Shown here one piece after another: positions 40,637-50,775 of a DNA stretch of 64,000 bases; positions within the stretch are counted from its first letter, which is position 1, and the number at the start of each line of letters is the position of its first letter. The translations under genes were made by a program, and so were the position numbers. Source of the stretch: Alphaproteobacteria bacterium (GTDB lineage: Bacteria; Pseudomonadota; Alphaproteobacteria; MPNO01); the NCBI GenBank assembly GCA_965248835.1, contig CBDFLJ010000002.1:1728001-1792000 (forward strand), written 5' to 3'. The notes under the pieces were generated by a model. The model was given only the letters and a program-made list of their open reading frames with translations, did not search any database and was not told the origin of the DNA.

Positions 40637-41854
40637 ATGAAACGCCTGAACATACTACTGATGTTGTGCGCCTGCTTTGCGATGTTTAACGCCAACGCGC
40701 AGAGCCCGATCCTGATCGGTGATATCAGTTCGATGAGCGGCCCGCTCGCGATCGCCGGCGTCCCCGGGCGTCAGGGCACCATCTTGGCCGTGGAACAGAT
40801 CAACAAGGCGGGCGGCGTGTTGGGTCGTCAGATCAGGCTCCTCACACGCGACGATAAGACCCAACCCGAGGAGGCCGGCAAGCTCTTCAGCGAGGTTGCG
40901 GCGCTGGGTGTCCTGGCCGTCATAGGCTCGACCGGGAGCGGGACGTCAAAGGCAATGAACGCACGCGCGCGCGAGCTGAAGCTGCCGTTCTTCACGATCG
41001 TTGGCTACTCGCGCTTCCTCACCGAGGAGGCGGGGCACCGCTACTTCTTCCGGCTCATCACGAATGATCGCGTACTGGGCCAAGGCATGGCCGAAGCGAT
41101 GTCCAAGCAGTCGGCGAAAACGTACTGCACGATCGGCCTCGACTACGCGTACGGGCGCGACATCACGAAGGTCTTCATGGAGCACCTGACGAAGCTCAAG
41201 CCCTCCGCCAAGCTCATGTCGGGCTGCGAGTTCTGGGTATCGTTCGGCACCACGGATTTCACGCCGATTCTCACCGCCATGCTCTCGCGCCGGCCGGACG
41301 CGGTCATGTTCGGCGGGCTGGTCGCAGCGAGCGCACCGGCATTCGTCAAGCAGGGCAAGGCGTTCGGGCTCTTCAAGAGGTCTGTGGGCGTGCATCCCTC
41401 GATCGGCATGCCGGTCAACAACGCGGGCCTCACCCGCAAGGAGGACATCCCCGAGGGCATCTACACCGGTAGCGACTACCTCTATCCACCACTCGATAAC
41501 CCCGCGAACAATGCTTTCTTCAAGGCCTACAAGGCGCGCTGGAATCAGGTCCCGTTCGAGGAGTCGCTCAACGCTTACACGACGATTCGCTTTATGGCCA
41601 AGGCGATCGAAAAGGCCGGCAAGGTCGATCGCGAGGCGATGATCGACGCCGCCGAGGGGCTGTCGATCGACCACCCGGTGATGGGCACCATTGTCGTGCG
41701 CGAATTCGACCACCAGTCGACCGCCGGCTGGTGGTTTGGCTACCTCAACTGGGACCCGACCAACAACCGCGCCGGCATGCGCGATGCGAAGCTCGTCAAG
41801 TCGGAGGGCTACCTGCCGACAAAGGAGGAAATCGAGAAGCTGCGCTCCAAGTAG
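40637..41854 (+). CDS. Branched-chain amino acid-type ABC substrate-binding protein
   Basis: Signal peptide, INKAGGVLGR, RDDKTQPE, DYAYG. Confidence 0.9.
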   Translation: MKRLNILLMLCACFAMFNANAQSPILIGDISSMSGPLAIAGVPGRQGTILAVEQINKAGGVLGRQIRLLTRDDKTQPEEAGKLFSEVAALGVLAVIGSTGSGTSKAMNARARELKLPFFTIVGYSRFLTEEAGHRYFFRLITNDRVLGQGMAEAMSKQSAKTYCTIGLDYAYGRDITKVFMEHLTKLKPSAKLMSGCEFWVSFGTTDFTPILTAMLSRRPDAVMFGGLVAASAPAFVKQGKAFGLFKRSVGVHPSIGMPVNNAGLTRKEDIPEGIYTGSDYLYPPLDNPANNAFFKAYKARWNQVPFEESLNAYTTIRFMAKAIEKAGKVDREAMIDAAEGLSIDHPVMGTIVVREFDHQSTAGWWFGYLNWDPTNNRAGMRDAKLVKSEGYLPTKEEIEKLRSK

Positions 41855-41863
41855 CAACAACCG

Positions 41864-42736
41864 ATGCTTATCGGTCTGCAGATCGTGAGCGGGCTTGTGT
41901 CCGCCGCGATCCTGTTCCTTCTCGCCTCTGGGCTGTCGCTGATCTTCGGCGTCTGCCGCGTGCTCAATCTTGCGCACGGGACGTTCTTCATGCTCGCGGC
42001 GTATCTCGCGTTCGCGGTGACGAACCAGCTCCACGAGGCGGGGGTGAGCTTTTGGTTGGCGCTTGCGTTCGCCCCGCTCGCGCTTGCGGGCATTGGCATG
42101 GCTCTCGAGGTGCTGATCTTCCGCAAGCTCTACGGCAAGGATATCCTCGTCCAGCTTCTGCCTACGATCGCCATCATATTCATCCTGGCGGACGTGATCC
42201 GCTTCATATGGGGGCTCGAGAGCAAGACCGTGCCATTCCCGAGCGGCCTGCCGCCGGCGATCACGATCTTCGACGTGATCTTCCCGAGCTACTATGCGGT
42301 GATTGTCGGCGCGGGCGCGGCGATCGCAGTGGGACTGTGGGCGGTGGTCTACCGGACGCGCTGGGGCACGCTCGTGCGGGCAGTCGCTCAGGACCGCGAC
42401 ATGAGCGCGGCGCTTGGCATAAACGAGACGGCGATCTACACCGGCGTCTTCGCGCTCGCGGCGTGGCTTGCCGGCACCGCCGGCGTGCTCTCCTCGCCGC
42501 TCGCCGGCGCCGCGCTCGGCAGTGATCTCGAAGCGGTGATCAACGCGTTCGTTGTCGTGGTCGTCGGCGGGCTGACGAGCATTCCCGGGGCGCTTCTGGC
42601 GGCGATCTTGATCGGCATGGTGCAGTCGTTCGGCATTCTCGTGATCCCGCAATTCGCCATGGCGTTCGTCTTCGGGCTCATGGCGCTGGTGCTGATCCTG
42701 CGGCCGAACGGACTGCTGGGACGGAAGGAACTCTGA
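41864..42736 (+). CDS. livH: HAAT ABC permease
   Basis: ASGLSLIFG..VLNLAHG, VVVGGLTSIPG, RPNGLLG. Confidence 0.88.
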   Translation: MLIGLQIVSGLVSAAILFLLASGLSLIFGVCRVLNLAHGTFFMLAAYLAFAVTNQLHEAGVSFWLALAFAPLALAGIGMALEVLIFRKLYGKDILVQLLPTIAIIFILADVIRFIWGLESKTVPFPSGLPPAITIFDVIFPSYYAVIVGAGAAIAVGLWAVVYRTRWGTLVRAVAQDRDMSAALGINETAIYTGVFALAAWLAGTAGVLSSPLAGAALGSDLEAVINAFVVVVVGGLTSIPGALLAAILIGMVQSFGILVIPQFAMAFVFGLMALVLILRPNGLLGRKEL

Positions 42737-42738
42737 CG

Positions 42739-43641
42739 GTGCGCCGGGCTGCGCTTCCCGCACTGATCGTCGCCCTCGCGGTATTGCCGTTCGTGGCGCC
42801 CCAGGTCGTGGTCATCTACACGACGGACCTGCTGATCTTCACGTTGTTCGCGCTGAGCCTCAATCTCGTCGTGGGCTACGCCGGCATGCTGTCGATGGGC
42901 CATGCGGCGTTCTTCGCGACCGGTGGCTACACCGCGGGGTTGCTGGTCACGCACCTCGGCGTTGCGATGCTGCCCGCTCTTATCGCCGGGCCGGTGCTCG
43001 CGGCGGCGGCGGCGCTCGTGATCGGCTATTTCTGCGTGCGGCTCACGCATGCCTATTTCATCATGCTGACGCTGGCGTTCGGCCAGCTCGTCTATACCGT
43101 GTTCTGGAAGTGGCACAGCGCCACCGGTGGAGACGACGGGCTGACCGGGATTATGCCGCACCCGTTGCTCGCTTCACAGACGGCCTACTACATGTTCGTG
43201 CTCGTGATCGTGCTCGCCTGCGCCTGGGCGCTGTATCGCATCGGCCGCTCGCCGTTCGGCAGCGCGCTGCTCGCGATCAAGGACAATCCGCGGCGCGCCG
43301 CATTTCTCGGTATCGATGTGAGGCGGACGCAGCTCGCGGCGTTCACCGTGGCGGGGACCTTCGCGGGCATCGCAGGCGTCCTACAGGCGTTCTTTCAGCG
43401 TGGTATGTTCCCGACCTCGGCGCATTGGCTGCTCTCGGCCGATGGCTTCGTCGCGGTGTGCATTGGCGGCGCCAACTACTTCTTCGGCCCGGTCGTCGGT
43501 GCGGTGCTGCTGAAGCTGGTGCAGCTCCTGGGGCCGCGGGTCACCGAGTACTGGCTCTTCATACTCGGGTCGTTCATCCTCTTCGTCGCGCTCGTCCGGC
43601 CCGCGGGCCTGCTGAGCCTGATCCGCCGACAGCCGGCATGA
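42739..43641 (+). CDS. livM: HAAT ABC permease
   Basis: GYAGMLSMGHAAF, YFIMLTLAF, TGGDDG. Confidence 0.88.
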   Translation: MRRAALPALIVALAVLPFVAPQVVVIYTTDLLIFTLFALSLNLVVGYAGMLSMGHAAFFATGGYTAGLLVTHLGVAMLPALIAGPVLAAAAALVIGYFCVRLTHAYFIMLTLAFGQLVYTVFWKWHSATGGDDGLTGIMPHPLLASQTAYYMFVLVIVLACAWALYRIGRSPFGSALLAIKDNPRRAAFLGIDVRRTQLAAFTVAGTFAGIAGVLQAFFQRGMFPTSAHWLLSADGFVAVCIGGANYFFGPVVGAVLLKLVQLLGPRVTEYWLFILGSFILFVALVRPAGLLSLIRRQPA

Positions 43642-44393
43642 GCGATAGCGTCCTGATCGTCGAGGATCTGTCGCGCAACTTCGGCGGCGTGCAGGCGGTG
43701 AAAGACGTGAACCTGAACGTTCCCACCGGCCAGATGCGCGCCGTGATCGGGCCGAACGGGGCCGGCAAGAGCACGTTCTTCAACCTGCTCACCGGCTCCA
43801 TACCGTGCAATTCCGGCCGGATCCTCTTCCAGGGAAAGGACGTCACCGGCCTGCCGCCGCATTCGTTGTGCCGGCTGGGGCTCGGGCGCACGTTTCAGAT
43901 CAACAGCATCTTCGCCAGCGCCACCGTGCTCGAGAACGTGCAGGTGGCGCTGCTCGCACACCGGCGCAAGATCTGGAACATGTGGACGGCGGCGGACACG
44001 CTCTTCGTGCGCGAGGCCGAGGCGCTGCTAACGACGCTCGGGCTCGAGGATCGCGCGAGACAGCTGGGATCGGAACTGTCCTACGGCGATCGGCGGCGCC
44101 TCGAGGTCGCCCTCGCGCTGGCGTGCGAACCGCAGCTTCTGCTGCTGGACGAGCCGACCGCCGGAATGTCGATCCCCGACAAACCCGGCATGGTGGAACT
44201 GATCCGCAACATCAGTCGTGAGCGCGGCGTGACGGTAATTCTGATTGAGCATGACATGGACATCGTCTTTTCGGTCGCCGACGAGATCACCGTGCTGCAC
44301 CAGGGCGCGGTCGTCGCGCACGGCACGCCGCAAGAAATCAGGGCGAACGAAGAGGTCCAGCGGATCTATCTCGGCGAGGACGCGGATGCTTGA
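43638..44393 (+). CDS. livG: HAAT ABC ATPase
   Basis: GPNGAGKST, LSYGD, LLDEPTAG, IEHDM. Confidence 0.9.
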   Translation: MSDSVLIVEDLSRNFGGVQAVKDVNLNVPTGQMRAVIGPNGAGKSTFFNLLTGSIPCNSGRILFQGKDVTGLPPHSLCRLGLGRTFQINSIFASATVLENVQVALLAHRRKIWNMWTAADTLFVREAEALLTTLGLEDRARQLGSELSYGDRRRLEVALALACEPQLLLLDEPTAGMSIPDKPGMVELIRNISRERGVTVILIEHDMDIVFSVADEITVLHQGAVVAHGTPQEIRANEEVQRIYLGEDADA

Positions 44394-45084
44394 GCTGCAG
44401 GACGCCTATGCCGGCTACGGCGACGGGCATGCGCTGTTCGGCGTGTCGATCTCGGTAAAACCGGGCGAGGCGGTCGGCTTGCTGGGCCGCAACGGCGCCG
44501 GGAAAAGCACGACACTCAAGACCATCATGGGCCTCGTGCCGCTCGCCCGCGGGCGCCTCACGTTCCTTGACCGCGATGTGTCGGGCATGCGCACCTTCGA
44601 GCGCAGCCAGCTCGGGCTCGGCTATGTCCCGGAGGATCGGCGGATTTTCCCCGAGCTCACCGTGCGTGAGAACCTCGACACGGCGGTGAAGCCCGCGACC
44701 GATGGTACCCCATGGACCCGGGATCGCGTGTTCGACCTCTTCCCGGCGCTCGGCGGGATGCAGAAACGCGCGGGCGGGCTGCTGTCGGGCGGCGAGCAGC
44801 AGATGCTGTCGATCGCGCGCACCCTGATGGGCAATCCGCGCCTGCTGTTGCTCGACGAGCCCTCGGAAGGGCTCGCGCCGCTGGTGATCGGATTGCTCCG
44901 CACGCAGATCAGGCGGCTGAAGCAGGAGGGCCTCACGATCATGCTGTGCGAGCAGAACCTCCGCTTCGCGATGGCGATCTGCGACCGCGTGTACGTGATC
45001 GATACAGGGCAGATCGGCTTCGCTGGAACGTTCGAAGAGCTGGAAAGCAATCCAGAGGTGAAGCGCGCGCACCTGATGGTGTAA
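44386..45084 (+). CDS. livF: HAAT ABC ATPase
   Basis: GRNGAGKST, LSGGEQQM, LLDEPSEGLAP. Confidence 0.9.
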   Translation: MLELQDAYAGYGDGHALFGVSISVKPGEAVGLLGRNGAGKSTTLKTIMGLVPLARGRLTFLDRDVSGMRTFERSQLGLGYVPEDRRIFPELTVRENLDTAVKPATDGTPWTRDRVFDLFPALGGMQKRAGGLLSGGEQQMLSIARTLMGNPRLLLLDEPSEGLAPLVIGLLRTQIRRLKQEGLTIMLCEQNLRFAMAICDRVYVIDTGQIGFAGTFEELESNPEVKRAHLMV

Positions 45085-45225
45085 TCGGCGATCAAAATGC
45101 CGATGAACTCGCCCCCGGCCCAAAAGCGAACCTTCACCGGTTCGAAAGCGGGAATGAAGCGCTGTGATTTGACAGGCCGGAAATCGATGAACCAATATCC
45201 TTTGTCGTGAGCCCGACACCGAGCC

Positions 45226-45530
45226 CTATTCGATGAGCGCGATCACCTCGCACAGCATTAGCGTGTTTCCGATCAAGTGATCGTTGACGATGATGTGGCG
45301 TGCCGGGCGCGCGTTCTCGTCCGGGCAGGTTTCTATCCACTTGGCGTTGATCACGTCCTTGGGGACCGAGCTTGCGACGTAGAAGGTCAGGCGGACGATG
45401 GCGTCGATCGTCGCACCCCCTTCTTCGAGGATCCGGAACAAATTGTGGAACATCAGCGCGCATTGGGCTTCGGCGTCGTCGGGGATGGAGTCGCGTTCCG
45501 GATCGAGGCCGAAATGCCGCCGTTGACACT
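45226..45530 (-). pseudogene. RidA-family (2-aminomuconate deaminase-like) gene, 5'-truncated or frameshifted
   Basis: LDPERDSIPDDAEAQCALMFHNL...INAKW...RPARH...CEVIA; no intact start, abuts repeat copy 2. Confidence 0.7.
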
Positions 45531-45541
45531 CGGAGGTATCG

Positions 45542-45824
45542 GATAATCCTCACAAGGACGAACCTATTGTGCCGTTTCTGTGTTGCTCACGGGGCCAGTC
45601 TGTTCCTCCATCAGGATCATACAGATGTTCCAAGGCGAATTCCATTTCCCACTTCCGCGAATGCAACTATTCAGCGACACAGGATCCATCTGTGTTATTC
45701 GAATCGGCCCCATCCGCCCTTGACTGGGACCCTAAGCCATTGTAGTACCACTCTGATACAGGGAAAGACTACGACCCTACAATACTGTCAGAGTACCTTG
45801 AACCACGAATATTGGGTGCACACC
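45542..45824. repeat. ~285 bp non-coding repeat, copy 2
   Basis: Direct repeat of 23910-24194. Confidence 0.9.
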
Positions 45825-45858
45825 TTAAGCACCTGTCCGATTTTCCGGGGCCACCTCA
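45821..45858 (-). mobile_element. Solo IS3 left terminal repeat at the island boundary
   Basis: Reverse complement TGAGGTGGCCCCGGAAAATCGGACAGGTGCTTAAGGTG is 33/38 identical to 30151-30188. Confidence 0.8.
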
Positions 45859-46079
45859 CGAGTGAATGGACCGGGAGAGCCGGGCGGACGCCGAGCGCGC
45901 AAGCCTTTGGCGCCGGTCCCGGGCAGCACCGGAGCATCGAAGCTTCACCCTCGGCCGGTCGCGCCGTAAACTCGTGCGGTCATGGCCAACGCCTGCCACG
46001 CCCGACCGGCTGCGCCCGCCGCCCGCGCCGGGTTCGGTTGTAACCGACGGCACGCCATGCTGCCGGGGTTCGACAGGCC

Positions 46080-47159
46080 ATGAGCGGCACCGCGCATCCC
46101 GCCGAGGTCGAAATCGTCCGCGGCCCGATGGTCGAAAGCCGGCATGTGGTGCACTACGCGGTGGTCGATACCGCCGGCAAGGTGGTCATGGCCGGTGGCG
46201 ACGTCGAGGCGCCGCTCTATCCGCGCTCCGCGGTGAAGCCGATCCAGGCGCTGGCGTTCGTCGAGACCGGCGCGGCCGAGACATTCGGTTTGGGCGCACC
46301 GCACATCGCCCTTGCCTGCGGCAGCCATGGCGGGGAGGAGCGGCATACCGAGACGGTGCTTGCCTGGCTCGGGCGGATCGACTGCACCGAGGCCGACCTT
46401 GACTGCGGCATCCATCAGCCGCTGAACGAGGAGGCGGCACGCGCCCTGGCCCACGCGGGCCGCGCACCCGGCGCGGCGCACAACAACTGCTCGGGCAAGC
46501 ACACGGGCTTCCTCAGCTTTTGCCGTGCCAGCGGTTCGCCGTTGACCGGCTACACCCGCATCGATCACCCGGTCCAGCAGCGCGTGCTGGGCATCCTGGA
46601 ACAGATGTGCGGGCTCGACCTGTCCCACACGGCCCGGGCGACCGACGGGTGCGGCATCCCGGTGATCGCGCTGCCGCTCGGCAACCTCGCCCTTGCCATG
46701 GCGCGTCTGGCCGATCCGTCCGATCAGCCGGACCGGCGCGCGCACGCCATCGGCCGGATCCGCATCGCCATGACCGCCGAGCCGTTCCATGTCGCCGGCA
46801 CCGACCGGTTCGACACCGCGATCATCGAGGCCTTCGGCGGAAGGGTCCTGGTCAAGGCCGGCGCCGAAGGTGTGTCCTGTGCGAGCCTTCCGGAACAGGG
46901 GCTGGGCATCGCCGTCAAAGCGCTCGACGGCGCCAAGCGGGCCGCCGAGGTCGTGATGGCGACGCTTCTCGGCCACCTCGCAGCGCCCGGCCCCGACGAG
47001 CGCGCTATCCTCGACCAATGGAGCCGACGGAAACGCCGCAACCACGCGGGGACGGTGGTCGGTCAGATCAGGATCTCCGCCGAAAACGCGGTGCGGCCTC
47101 CGATCCCGACCGATGCAGGCCCGCAGGACCGAACGCCTCCCGGAGCACGATCGCCATGA
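46080..47159 (+). CDS. L-asparaginase II (Rhizobium AnsA type)
   Basis: PRSAVKP, NNCSGKH, DGCG, KAGAEG. Confidence 0.9.
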   Translation: MSGTAHPAEVEIVRGPMVESRHVVHYAVVDTAGKVVMAGGDVEAPLYPRSAVKPIQALAFVETGAAETFGLGAPHIALACGSHGGEERHTETVLAWLGRIDCTEADLDCGIHQPLNEEAARALAHAGRAPGAAHNNCSGKHTGFLSFCRASGSPLTGYTRIDHPVQQRVLGILEQMCGLDLSHTARATDGCGIPVIALPLGNLALAMARLADPSDQPDRRAHAIGRIRIAMTAEPFHVAGTDRFDTAIIEAFGGRVLVKAGAEGVSCASLPEQGLGIAVKALDGAKRAAEVVMATLLGHLAAPGPDERAILDQWSRRKRRNHAGTVVGQIRISAENAVRPPIPTDAGPQDRTPPGARSP

Positions 47160-47491
47160 CGCCCGACAATCTCGTCACCCTGGACCTCGCCAGGTTCACC
47201 AGCCGCGATATCGACAAGGTCGAAGCCCTGTCCGACAAGCTCAAGCTGATGCACCGCTGGTACCGATCCGAGCGCCGCTCGGTATCGGGCAGCGACCAGA
47301 TCGCGATCTTTTCCGGCGACCGGTCCAACATGCCCTATGCGAGCTATCGTATCGCCCGGCAGAACGACGGCGCCTACCACCTGAGCGATCACCGGACCGG
47401 GCGCTTGCTGGCCACCGCGCGCTCGATCGACCCGATCCTGGCGGCGATCCCGGGCGACTTCTACCATGCCGGTCCGCGCCGGCGGCAATAG
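47156..47491 (+). CDS. Hypothetical protein
   Basis: ATGA overlap with asparaginase, GGAG RBS, native codon bias. Confidence 0.7.
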   Translation: MTPDNLVTLDLARFTSRDIDKVEALSDKLKLMHRWYRSERRSVSGSDQIAIFSGDRSNMPYASYRIARQNDGAYHLSDHRTGRLLATARSIDPILAAIPGDFYHAGPRRRQ

Positions 47492-47532
47492 CGACACGGC
47501 CGGGCATTGTTGCGCACACACCCGTGGGATAG

Positions 47533-48081
<549 letters not shown>

Positions 48082-48107
48082 CCGGCTCGCGCCGATCGGA
48101 CCATGCC

Positions 48108-49307
48108 CTAATGCCTGGACAGCGCCGGGGTGCCCTTGCGCAGGACGGCCATGGCGGCGTCCAGACCCTCGAGCGTCAGCGGGTACATACGCGCGGTCAT
48201 GAGCTGGTGGGTCATGCGCAATGACGGCGTCGACATCCAGCGTTGGACCGGGGTCGGGTTGATCCACACCGCATCGGGGTAGCCGGCCAGCATCCGGCGC
48301 AGCCACAGCTCGCCCGGCTCCTCGTTCCAATGCTCGATCGAGCCGCCCACTTCGGTGATCTCGAACGGGCTCATGGTCGCATCGCCGACGAAGATCACCT
48401 TGTAGTCCGGACCGTAGGTGTTGAGGATCTCCCAGGTCGGGATCCATTCATTGTATCCCCGCCGGTTCTCGCGCCACACCCGCTCGTAGATGAAATTGTG
48501 GAAGTAGAAATATTCCAGATGCTTGAGCTCGCTGCGCGCGGCCGAGAACAGCTCTTCGGAAACCCTGATAAAACTGTCCATCGAGCCGCCGATGTCGAAG
48601 AAGATCAGCGCCTTGATCCTGTTCTTACGCTCGGCCCGCATCCTTATGTCGAGCCAACCGGCGTTGTCGGCGGTCGCGCGGATCGTGGCGTCGAGATCGA
48701 ATTCGTCTTCCGCGCCGTCGCGGACGAATTTCCGCAAGCGCCGCAAGGCGATTTTTATGTTGCGCGTGCCGATCTCCGCGGTGCCGGACAGGCTGCGGAA
48801 CTCCCGTTTCTCCCAGACCTTGGTCGCGCTCTTGCCGCCGCCCTCGCCGCCGATGCGCACCCCGGCCGGGTTGCGGCCCGAATTGCCGAACGGCGAGGTC
48901 CCGCCGGTGCCGATCCAGCGGTTGCCGCCTTCGTGGCGGCCCTGCTGCTCCTGCAGCCGCTTGGCGAGTTCCTCCATCAGCTCCTGGAAGCTCATCGCCT
49001 CGAGCTTGGCGAGCTCTTCGGCGTCGAACACCCGCTCCGCCACGGCGCGCAGCCAGTCTTCGGGCACGACATTGGAGAAGATGTCCTCGGTCTGGTGCAT
49101 CGCACCCTTGAAGAAGTTCTCGAACACCTTGTCGTAGACGTCGAAATACTTCTCGTCCTTCACCATCGCCGCGCGCGCGAGGTAGTAGAAGCCGTCGACA
49201 TCGGCGTCGCCCTCCCCCTTGGACAGGGCCTCCAGCAACATCAGGTATTCGCGGATGGTAACCGGCACGCGGGCTGCGCGTAGCTGGAAGAAGAAGTCGA
49301 CGAACAC
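48108..49307 (-). CDS. VWA/CoxE-like protein
   Basis: WIGTGGTSPFG, DIGGSMD, YFHN, VGDATMSP. Confidence 0.9.
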   Translation of the reverse strand: MFVDFFFQLRAARVPVTIREYLMLLEALSKGEGDADVDGFYYLARAAMVKDEKYFDVYDKVFENFFKGAMHQTEDIFSNVVPEDWLRAVAERVFDAEELAKLEAMSFQELMEELAKRLQEQQGRHEGGNRWIGTGGTSPFGNSGRNPAGVRIGGEGGGKSATKVWEKREFRSLSGTAEIGTRNIKIALRRLRKFVRDGAEDEFDLDATIRATADNAGWLDIRMRAERKNRIKALIFFDIGGSMDSFIRVSEELFSAARSELKHLEYFYFHNFIYERVWRENRRGYNEWIPTWEILNTYGPDYKVIFVGDATMSPFEITEVGGSIEHWNEEPGELWLRRMLAGYPDAVWINPTPVQRWMSTPSLRMTHQLMTARMYPLTLEGLDAAMAVLRKGTPALSRH

Positions 49308-49321
49308 GGCGCCCGCCCCGC

Positions 49322-50164
49322 CTAAGCTCCCGGGCGCCGGGACAGGAAGGCGAGCCGCTCGAACATGTGGACATCCTGCTCGTTCTTGAGCAGCGCTCCG
49401 TGGAGCTTGGGGATCGCCTTGGTCGAATCCTCGCGCAATTCCTCGGGCGACATGTCCTCGGCCAGCAGCAGCTTGATCCAATCGAGCAACTCCGAGGTCG
49501 AGGGCTTCTTCTTCAGCCCGTTGACCTCACGGACCGTGAAGAAGGTATCGAGCGCCTCTTTCAGAAGCGCCTTCTTGATGTCGGGGAAATGGACGCCGAC
49601 GATCCGCTCCATCGTCTCGGTGTCGGGAAAGCGGATGTAGTGGAAGAAGCACCGCCTGAGAAAGGCGTCCGGCAGCTCCTTTTCGTTGTTGGAAGTGATG
49701 ATCACCGCCGGCCGGTGGGTCGCCTTGATCGTCTCCTGGGTCTCGTAGACGTAGAACTCCATCCGGTCGAGCTCGCGCAGCAAATCGTTGGGGAACTCGA
49801 TATCGGCCTTGTCGATCTCGTCGATCAGCAGAACCGCCGGGCTGACCGAGGTGAAGGACTCCCACAGCATGCCGCGCTTGATGTAGTTGCGGATGTCCTT
49901 GACCCGCTCCTCGCCGAGCTGGGAATCGCGCAGGCGCGAGACGGCGTCGTACTCGTAGAGCCCGTGCTGCGCCTTGGTGGTCGATTTGATGTGCCATTCG
50001 AAGAACGGCCGGCTGAGCGCATCCGCGACCTCCTGTGCGAGCAGCGTCTTGCCCGTCCCCGGCTCCCCCTTGACGAGCAGCGGCCGTTCGAGCGTGATGG
50101 CGGCGTTGACCGCTGTCATCAGGTCCTCGGTGGCGATATAGGTATCGGTGCCGGTGAACTTCAT
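49322..50164 (-). CDS. MoxR-family AAA ATPase
   Basis: GEPGTGKT, IDEIDKAD, LPDAFLRRC. Confidence 0.92.
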   Translation of the reverse strand: MKFTGTDTYIATEDLMTAVNAAITLERPLLVKGEPGTGKTLLAQEVADALSRPFFEWHIKSTTKAQHGLYEYDAVSRLRDSQLGEERVKDIRNYIKRGMLWESFTSVSPAVLLIDEIDKADIEFPNDLLRELDRMEFYVYETQETIKATHRPAVIITSNNEKELPDAFLRRCFFHYIRFPDTETMERIVGVHFPDIKKALLKEALDTFFTVREVNGLKKKPSTSELLDWIKLLLAEDMSPEELREDSTKAIPKLHGALLKNEQDVHMFERLAFLSRRPGA

Positions 50165-50280
50165 GAAAGACAACCACCCAGCCTTGTTCGGAACGCGGCG
50201 CGACCGCCGCGGCGCAACCTAAATTACGCCCCCTGGGCGATCAAGCCTCGCCCGGGCAGAGCACCGGAAGGAATGCTGCC

Positions 50281-50742
50281 TTGTCCAGCTTGATGATCGC
50301 ACTTCACGTCCTGGCCGCCATCGTCTGGGTCGGCGGCATGGCGTTCGCGCTGATGGTGCTGCGCCCGGCCGCCGGGCCGCTCGAGCCGCCGCAGCGCCTG
50401 GCGCTGTGGCAGCGCGTCTTCGAGCGCTTCTTCGTCTGGGTGTGGGCGGCGGTGATCCTGCTGCCGGCGACCGGGCTGTGGCTGATTTTCTTTCAACACG
50501 GCGGATTCGCGGGCCTGCCGCTCCACCTGCATCTGATGCATGGGATCGGCTGGATCATGGTGCTGCTCTTCCTGCACCTGTGGTTCGTCCCCTACCGGCG
50601 GTTCAAGAAGGCGCTGGCCGCAAACGAGGTGCCGGCCGCGGCCCAGGCGCTCGACCAGATCCGCAAAATCGTCGCGACCAACCTGACGATCGGTCTGATC
50701 AACGCGGTGATCGGTAGCTCGGGCAGCTACTGGACGGGGTAG
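50281..50742 (+). CDS. CopD-like membrane protein
   Basis: LHVLAAIVWVGGM, four TM segments. Confidence 0.8.
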   Translation: MSSLMIALHVLAAIVWVGGMAFALMVLRPAAGPLEPPQRLALWQRVFERFFVWVWAAVILLPATGLWLIFFQHGGFAGLPLHLHLMHGIGWIMVLLFLHLWFVPYRRFKKALAANEVPAAAQALDQIRKIVATNLTIGLINAVIGSSGSYWTG

Positions 50743-50775
50743 GAGGCCGCATTTTCGGCACCCGGGAGAGCATGC

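Noticed and set aside
40946-42763. Long antisense or alternate-frame ORFs (this 605-aa ORF and many like it, e.g. 38878-40257, 52313-53782, 61709-63202)
   Set aside because: Shadows of real genes in high-GC DNA, with Arg/Pro/Ala-rich nonsense composition
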